A DNA stretch of 19,779 nucleotides, taken from Bacteriovoracaceae bacterium (GTDB taxonomy: Bacteria; Bdellovibrionota; Bacteriovoracia; Bacteriovoracales; Bacteriovoracaceae). The position numbers and the translations under genes are program-made. The DNA lies in the NCBI GenBank assembly GCA_049599895.1, contig JBMYPC010000051.1:1-19779 (forward strand), given 5' to 3'. The first letter of the stretch is position 1; every line of letters starts with the position of its first letter. Positions 15,278 through 19,779 of this stretch are shown piece after piece. The notes beneath the pieces are model-generated. The model saw only the letters and a list, made by a program, of their open reading frames with translations. It was not told the origin of the DNA and ran no database searches.

Positions 15278-15381
15278 GGCTGTTTAATTCGCTTCGCTCA
15301 TTTCGGTCGCTTTATGTGCGCTAACGCTTACTCGCTTCCTTGTCCGCTTGCGCGCAAGCAGTGATCAAACTTTTGACAGCC
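15278..15381. repeat. GC-rich intergenic element with seven CGCT units and a 14-bp palindrome (REP/MITE-like)
   Basis: CGCT at 15290, 15295, 15308, 15319, 15325, 15333 and 15345; palindrome GCTTGCGCGCAAGC at 15346-15359; short flanking inverted repeat GGCTGT/ACAGCC. Confidence 0.5.
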
Positions 15382-15459
15382 GTTTTTTAGTCAGTACGGT
15401 CTCACCATTTCGTTTCTCTTTTATTTCCTGTAATTTTAATATCTTACCCGTTTTTAGTT

Positions 15460-15476
15460 TTGGCCCACTTCTTGCT
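15460..15476 (+). promoter_or_regulatory. Putative sigma54 -24/-12 promoter of the lipoprotein gene
   Basis: TTGGCCC-ACTTC-TTGCT: invariant GG and GC with correct spacing and one mismatch to consensus. Confidence 0.55.
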
Positions 15477-15552
15477 CCTAGATTAGCAGACAAAATTTTA
15501 ATGTGCGTACTGGATTACTTATTTTTCAGTACAACTTTTAAGGAGACAAAAG

Positions 15553-16158
15553 ATGAAAGTCTGGAGCATCGCTTTATTATTAATCTTAGGTTTTTCAACT
15601 TCTTGTGGAAAAAGTTCAAAAGAGAATGAAGAGACCACAAGTACTTTTTATCACCAATTCATTACCTCTCATAACGGGGTAGAGAATGGTAAAAAAGTTG
15701 TTTGGAGTGGATATGTTCCTAACCTTTATTCGGGACAATGTCAGGTTTATGGAAACCAATATACGAACTCAAGTGTGAGATTTGAACTTGAAATTGATAG
15801 TGAAGGATCATTTTTCTTTGTCACCAATGATCAAAGTGAATTTCAAGGCGGAAATGAAAATGCCAGATACGGAATCCACGGGGACTGGGAAAGAAGTAAC
15901 GGTGATTTAATTTTAAAAGGATTTGGTCGGTCGTCAACAGACAATGTTGTAAGAAGCAACGGGAGCGCATTGAGGTACTCAAACTATGATTCTTATGCTT
16001 TAGATCTTCCAAGTCGAGATGGGTGTATGATTGTAAGAACTGATCAAAATATTGAAGCGACGACCTTAGGAAACAATAACTATTATAATTCTTATTATAA
16101 CAACTACAACATTTCAATGTTTGGAAGTTGTTCACTTGAGTTTTGTATCGAAGAATAA
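15553..16158 (+). CDS. Hypothetical lipoprotein
   Basis: AAGGAG SD; signal MKVWSIALLLILGFSTS-C with a lipobox-like Cys18; Asn/Tyr-rich patch near the C-terminus. Confidence 0.8.
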   Translation: MKVWSIALLLILGFSTSCGKSSKENEETTSTFYHQFITSHNGVENGKKVVWSGYVPNLYSGQCQVYGNQYTNSSVRFELEIDSEGSFFFVTNDQSEFQGGNENARYGIHGDWERSNGDLILKGFGRSSTDNVVRSNGSALRYSNYDSYALDLPSRDGCMIVRTDQNIEATTLGNNNYYNSYYNNYNISMFGSCSLEFCIEE

Positions 16159-16188
16159 AACTTTAAAAAGTTTTAAGAAAAGCAACTG

Positions 16189-16219
16189 GGAAGGGCATAA
16201 ACTAGGGCCCTTCCTTTTT
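16189..16219 (+). terminator. Intrinsic terminator between convergent genes
   Basis: GGAAGGGC-N10-GCCCTTCC-TTTTT. Confidence 0.7.
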
Positions 16220-16225
16220 GCGTTT

Positions 16226-17200
16226 TTAGAAGATCATTTTACCTGTTAATCCAACTTTTATTGAATTCTCACTGCCATAGCTACTTGTTCTTGTTCCTGC
16301 AGTTGTTTTGATGTCTTGATCGGAAAGATAAATATAATCAAACTCGAGAATAAATTCCATTGGAGTTTGGGCCCCAGGACTTAAAAAGTCCATATCAATT
16401 CCAGCTGTAATTTGATTGCGAGTATCGTATTCTAGGACGAAGCCAGTTGCATCTGTTTGTGACCTCGTGGCGAGCTTTTTAAATTCACCCTCAAAGCCTA
16501 AGGCAAAAACATCACTTGCCAGATATTTAAATTGAGCTCCTCCATAAAAATCAAGAGTGCTATCATACTTTTCTTCGATAACAGAGCTTGTAGGGGACTC
16601 TCTTTCGATTTCTCCTGTCCACTCAATACCGCCAGTAAATTTATAGCCTAGGTGTTTGGCATTATTTTTCCCAAGGTTCACTTCAAAGTTTGCAAAGTGA
16701 CCACCTCTGGCTTTGGTTCCGTCTGTAGTCGTTTTTCCAACTTCTGAAGTTTGAAGTCCAGGAGAGAACTCCATATGGACATCCATTCTTAAGCCCAGGT
16801 TTGCCATATTGTCGGCAATCATATAATTGGCAATAACAAAGATGTCTTCAAAGCCCTTTTCGTTGACAACGTTGTTGGCCCCAGTTGAAATGACTTCAGA
16901 GTCAGTCTCATCTTTAATCCAATACTTTGCTCTAAGCCCAAGATCGACTCCACTCATAAAACCAAAGAGTAATTCGGTTGTTGCTATCATTGAGGTCGTT
17001 TCAATATCTCTTGTTCGTGTTCCATTGGAGCTAAACAGCTCTTTACTTCCTTTGTCGTATTCAAAGCTTAGGCTTCCTAAGGTTTTGCCAACAGGTGTAA
17101 TAAAAAGTGGGTTATAAAGATGAACGTTCGATGAGCTGAACGCATAGGTCGTTTGAAAGAAAAGAACGATGAGTCCACATGTTTTGATGATCTTTTTCAC
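16226..17200 (-). CDS. Putative outer-membrane beta-barrel protein
   Basis: GTG start with an AAGGAG SD, signal peptide, alternating amphipathic strands (LGSLSFEY, DLGLRAKY, YGGAQFKY, FILEFDYIY) and C-terminal VGLTGKMIF ending in Phe. Confidence 0.78.
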   Translation of the reverse strand: MKKIIKTCGLIVLFFQTTYAFSSSNVHLYNPLFITPVGKTLGSLSFEYDKGSKELFSSNGTRTRDIETTSMIATTELLFGFMSGVDLGLRAKYWIKDETDSEVISTGANNVVNEKGFEDIFVIANYMIADNMANLGLRMDVHMEFSPGLQTSEVGKTTTDGTKARGGHFANFEVNLGKNNAKHLGYKFTGGIEWTGEIERESPTSSVIEEKYDSTLDFYGGAQFKYLASDVFALGFEGEFKKLATRSQTDATGFVLEYDTRNQITAGIDMDFLSPGAQTPMEFILEFDYIYLSDQDIKTTAGTRTSSYGSENSIKVGLTGKMIF

Positions 17201-17230
17201 AAAAGTCTCCTTAAATAGTTCATTAAGCTT

Positions 17231-17259
17231 ATTCTAAGTGAACTCGAAAAAAGGCTCAA
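17231..17259 (-). promoter_or_regulatory. Putative sigma70 promoter of the beta-barrel gene
   Basis: Minus strand TTGAGC, 17-nt spacer, TAGAAT. Confidence 0.5.
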
Positions 17260-17303
17260 GCAATTGAAAATTAATGGAAAATTTAGCCGAGTTTTTAAGA
17301 TTG

Positions 17304-17777
17304 TTACTGTTGACAGTTTTTAAGTTGACTTAAAAACTCTGGCTCTGATCTTTTGATCATTTCCTTAACAGCGTTAACAACGTGGTGATTCTTTCTTAAA
17401 AGGTTCACAAGTTTACAGAAGCGCTCATCGTTAACACCTTCGGGCTTAAGAAGTTTAAACTCATCAACATCGTATTTTGTTTCCCAAAAAAGTTTAAAGA
17501 GTCTTTCTTGGTAATACAGCTTCACTGGTTCGCCAGAAACTTTCACAAGTGCTTCACCAAGGTCTTTAGAGTGAACAGAGAAGTTCCAGGTCAGCATATC
17601 GCCACTCCCAAGATCAAGCGTTCCTTCATAGGTTTTAAAGACCATGCCTTTTTTAGAAATTTTAACGAGTTTTCCTGAACGAACACCTTTTGAGTACGAA
17701 TACTTTGAGAGCCCGAAGAGGATAAGGGCGGTAAGAGTCAGTATTCCTGTGAGAATGAGAATAAGCTTTGTCTTCAT
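17304..17777 (-). CDS. Hypothetical membrane-anchored protein
   Basis: One N-terminal TM helix followed by YSKGVRSGKLVKISKKGMVFKTYEG. This resembles a conserved uncharacterised family; no function can be assigned. Confidence 0.75.
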   Translation of the reverse strand: MKTKLILILTGILTLTALILFGLSKYSYSKGVRSGKLVKISKKGMVFKTYEGTLDLGSGDMLTWNFSVHSKDLGEALVKVSGEPVKLYYQERLFKLFWETKYDVDEFKLLKPEGVNDERFCKLVNLLRKNHHVVNAVKEMIKRSEPEFLSQLKNCQQ

Positions 17778-17869
17778 ATAAAATATCTTAGTCTCTTCGA
17801 CATCATTCGCATAGCAATATCCAAGGGTTATAAAAAGTACAGATTAGGCCCTGTTTAAGCTTTACGCTC

Positions 17870-17898
17870 TTGAACATTAGTTTGAACTAATATATATT
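17870..17898 (+). promoter_or_regulatory. Sigma70 promoter upstream of the structured leader and LysR gene
   Basis: TTGAAC (17870-17875), 17-nt spacer, TATATT (17893-17898); predicted TSS near 17905. Confidence 0.6.
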
Positions 17899-17904
17899 CC
17901 TGCT

Positions 17905-18010
17905 GACTTGAGTTGCAAGTAACCAACTTCGTGAAGACTGGGCGCTGGTGCTTCCTGGTTGCCTGCGGCGCCTGAAACCTTTATCGGTTTCAGTATATAA
18001 GCACTTCTTT
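17905..18010 (+). ncRNA. Candidate structured RNA (cis-regulatory leader or sRNA), family not recognised
   Basis: GC-rich block with stems GGGCGCTG/CGGCGCCT and CTGAAACC/GGTTTCAG, plus possible pseudoknot pairings GTGCTT/AAGCAC and GTAACCA/TGGTTGC. Confidence 0.5.
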
Positions 18011-18052
18011 AAAAGCTTTATTTTACCTAAAGCCGAGACTAATAGGTTCGTC

Positions 18053-18961
18053 ATGAGCATTTTGGAAACTTCACAACTTCAGACTATTCAAACTGTCGCT
18101 TCGGCCAAGAGTTTTTCTCGCGCTGCTGAAGAGTTGGGAGTGACTCAATCAGCTGTTAGCCAGAGCATTAAAAACATTGAGCGCAAGCTTGGGATGAGCC
18201 TTTTTCGAAGAAGTGGAAAGCAGGTTCTTCTCACTGAAGAAGGTGAGAAAATTGAAAAGCTTGCAAGAGACTTTTTTAAAAGTCTTGAAAAAACACTTCA
18301 AGAAGTTAAAGAAGAGCGAGATCAAATGGTGGGGAGGATCCGTCTTGGAACCCTTACTGGAGTTGGGAAAAGCTGGCTTGCTCCAATTCTTTTAGACTTT
18401 ATGGGACTTCATCCTAATGTCGAAATTGATTTAAAGCTTGGTTTTCAGGAAGATCTTACTCGTGATTTTGAAAATGGGAAAATTGATTTTTTAGTTCTTC
18501 CTGAAGAGCACCTTCCCCTTAATGGTGAGAAAAAGTTTTTAGGTGAAGAGAAAATTACACTTATCTTACCGGAGAGTTTTAAAACTTTTTCTGAATCAGA
18601 GCTGACGCTAGAAAAAGTTCTTGAGTATCCTATGATTCTTTTTGAAGCAGAAGATAGGTTGTTTTCAAAATGGTGTGAAAGTTTATTTCAGAGAAAGCCC
18701 AAGAATATTAAACGAAAACTCGTCGTCAATTCTCATGGGCATATCCTAAGAGCTGTTCAACAGGGGATAGGAGCGGCAGTTCTTCCTCTTCACGTTGTGA
18801 CTCGTTCTCATTATCTCGATAGCCTTGTTGTCCTTGATGAAAAGTACCAGATTTCCAATGGAAGTTTCTATTTGGTGTATCATAAGACCGCATTAAGATT
18901 GCGTCGTATGCAGGAGATGATAGACTATATCGGAGATACAAAAAATCCTCTTGGAAGGTAG
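18053..18961 (+). CDS. LysR-family transcriptional regulator
   Basis: HTH SFSRAAEELGVTQSAVSQSIKNIERKLGMSLFRR, LTEEG and GRIRLG, followed by a substrate-binding domain. Start re-called at ATG 18053 (302 aa). Confidence 0.93.
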   Translation: MSILETSQLQTIQTVASAKSFSRAAEELGVTQSAVSQSIKNIERKLGMSLFRRSGKQVLLTEEGEKIEKLARDFFKSLEKTLQEVKEERDQMVGRIRLGTLTGVGKSWLAPILLDFMGLHPNVEIDLKLGFQEDLTRDFENGKIDFLVLPEEHLPLNGEKKFLGEEKITLILPESFKTFSESELTLEKVLEYPMILFEAEDRLFSKWCESLFQRKPKNIKRKLVVNSHGHILRAVQQGIGAAVLPLHVVTRSHYLDSLVVLDEKYQISNGSFYLVYHKTALRLRRMQEMIDYIGDTKNPLGR

Positions 18962-18962
18962 T

Positions 18963-19779
18963 TTGAGTCAAAATCACTCTCAGTCAAAAAGCTTTATCGA
19001 TTCGCGGATTTCTCAAGTTGAAGGAGAAGTTGGCAGACTTATAGATCAATTTTCGATACTTAAGAGTCTTTGTGATCTTGGAATCGAACTTTATATTGTC
19101 GGGGGATTTGTTCGTGACTTCTTGAGTCAAGGTGTGTTGAAAACTGATCTTGATATGGAATGGAGATTCCCTAATGGAGCAAAGGCTTCTCTTGAGTCAA
19201 AAAAACAAGAGATCGAAGATCTTTTAAAATCTCAAAAAATAAGCTTTGAAGTTTTACCTTTTCACATCCTTCGTTTTCATCAAAATGAAACTGAATTTGA
19301 ACTCGCGCCAGCTCGTCTTGAAGAGTATGGGGAGCAAGAGTCTTATTCCCATTGCGATTTTGAAGTACGATTTGATCACACTCTTGGAACAAAAAAACTT
19401 TTTGAGAGGCGAGATTTCTCTCTCAATGCTTTAGCTTTTAAACTCGAAAAAGCTGATGACAGAATAAAACTAATTCTTGAAGACCAATTTGAAGGAATTA
19501 ATTCTCTAAAAGAAGGATCCTTGTCTCCGATAGTAAAGGACTTTGAAAAAGACCCTGTAAGACTACTTCGAAGTATCCGTTTTAAGCTTCAGCATAAACT
19601 TCATTATTCAGATGAGCTGGTTTTACTGTTTTCAAAATTCAACCTTGAGAAGCTTACATCTTCTTTGTTTCTCAAAGAATGGAAGAAGAGTGAAACATTT
19701 GAATTTTTGAGTGAGTTTTTAGAAATCGTTGAAACCCATAATGTTAAAATACCAAAAGATTGGCACTTTCTTTTTTCAT
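18963..19779 (+). CDS. Class II nucleotidyltransferase (CCA-adding enzyme / poly(A) polymerase family), 3'-truncated by the window end
   Basis: Absent from the ORF track because it has no stop in the window. Translated from TTG 18963 (GAAGG SD) it gives LYIVGGFVRD…TDLDME…EFELAPARLE…RRDFSLNALA…KDPVRLLRSIRF. Confidence 0.88.
   Translation, partial: MSQNHSQSKSFIDSRISQVEGEVGRLIDQFSILKSLCDLGIELYIVGGFVRDFLSQGVLKTDLDMEWRFPNGAKASLESKKQEIEDLLKSQKISFEVLPFHILRFHQNETEFELAPARLEEYGEQESYSHCDFEVRFDHTLGTKKLFERRDFSLNALAFKLEKADDRIKLILEDQFEGINSLKEGSLSPIVKDFEKDPVRLLRSIRFKLQHKLHYSDELVLLFSKFNLEKLTSSLFLKEWKKSETFEFLSEFLEIVETHNVKIPKDWHFLFS

Noticed and set aside
15348..15629. 93-aa ORF overlapping the lipoprotein start
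   Set aside because: It has a TTG start inside the repeat palindrome and spans the promoter region; no support.
17940..18005. HDV-like ribozyme, SRP RNA, glmS ribozyme or c-di-GMP riboswitch identity for the LysR leader
   Set aside because: The helix order resembles HDV, but P3 cannot form and the catalytic J4/2 strand is missing. The minus-strand CAGG…GGAAGCA lacks the SRP GNRA hairpin. The glmS GACGAGG and the c-di-GMP core motifs are absent.
17948..18052. 35-aa N-terminal extension of LysR in the ORF track
   Set aside because: LysR HTH domains begin at the N-terminus, and ATG 18053 gives the typical ~300 aa.
19171..19434. Two short ORFs at the right end of the track
   Set aside because: Both lie within the nucleotidyltransferase CDS that runs off the end of the window.
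1..19779. CRISPR array, tRNA, rRNA, prophage or defence genes
   Set aside because: No regularly spaced direct repeats, cloverleaf structures or recognisable phage or defence proteins were seen.

Overview
This is an AT-rich bacterial chromosomal window. It probably comes from a predatory Bdellovibrionota such as a Bacteriovoracaceae member; this is inferred from the delta-type glmM-pdxJ-nnr-tsaE order, an orphan mtEFG1-like EF-G and several orphan secreted proteins. From left to right it holds: a glmM-pdxJ-nnr-tsaE operon; an IscR-like Rrf2 regulator that lacks the Fe-S ligands, followed by a cysteine desulfurase; a 909-bp doubly deleted IS66 remnant; a secreted alpha/beta hydrolase; a roughly 170-nt minus-strand unit with no protein-sized ORF; a hypothetical gene; fusA; a SAM methyltransferase; a signal-peptide-bearing UDP-sugar pyrophosphorylase-like protein; a CGCT-rich repeat; a lipoprotein with a candidate sigma54 promoter; an outer-membrane beta-barrel; a membrane-anchored hypothetical; a structured RNA leader plus a LysR regulator; and the 5' part of a CCA-type nucleotidyltransferase that the ORF track missed. 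The best candidate for an undescribed system is the 170-nt unit. It has a complete sigma54 promoter architecture (-24/-12, IHF site, tandem enhancer-like palindromes) and its own terminator, so it looks like a sigma54-dependent sRNA. Other strong leads are a possibly pseudoknotted RNA upstream of the LysR gene, a 17-bp palindrome at matching distances upstream of two secreted enzymes, and a terminator-like hairpin inside the desulfurase gene.
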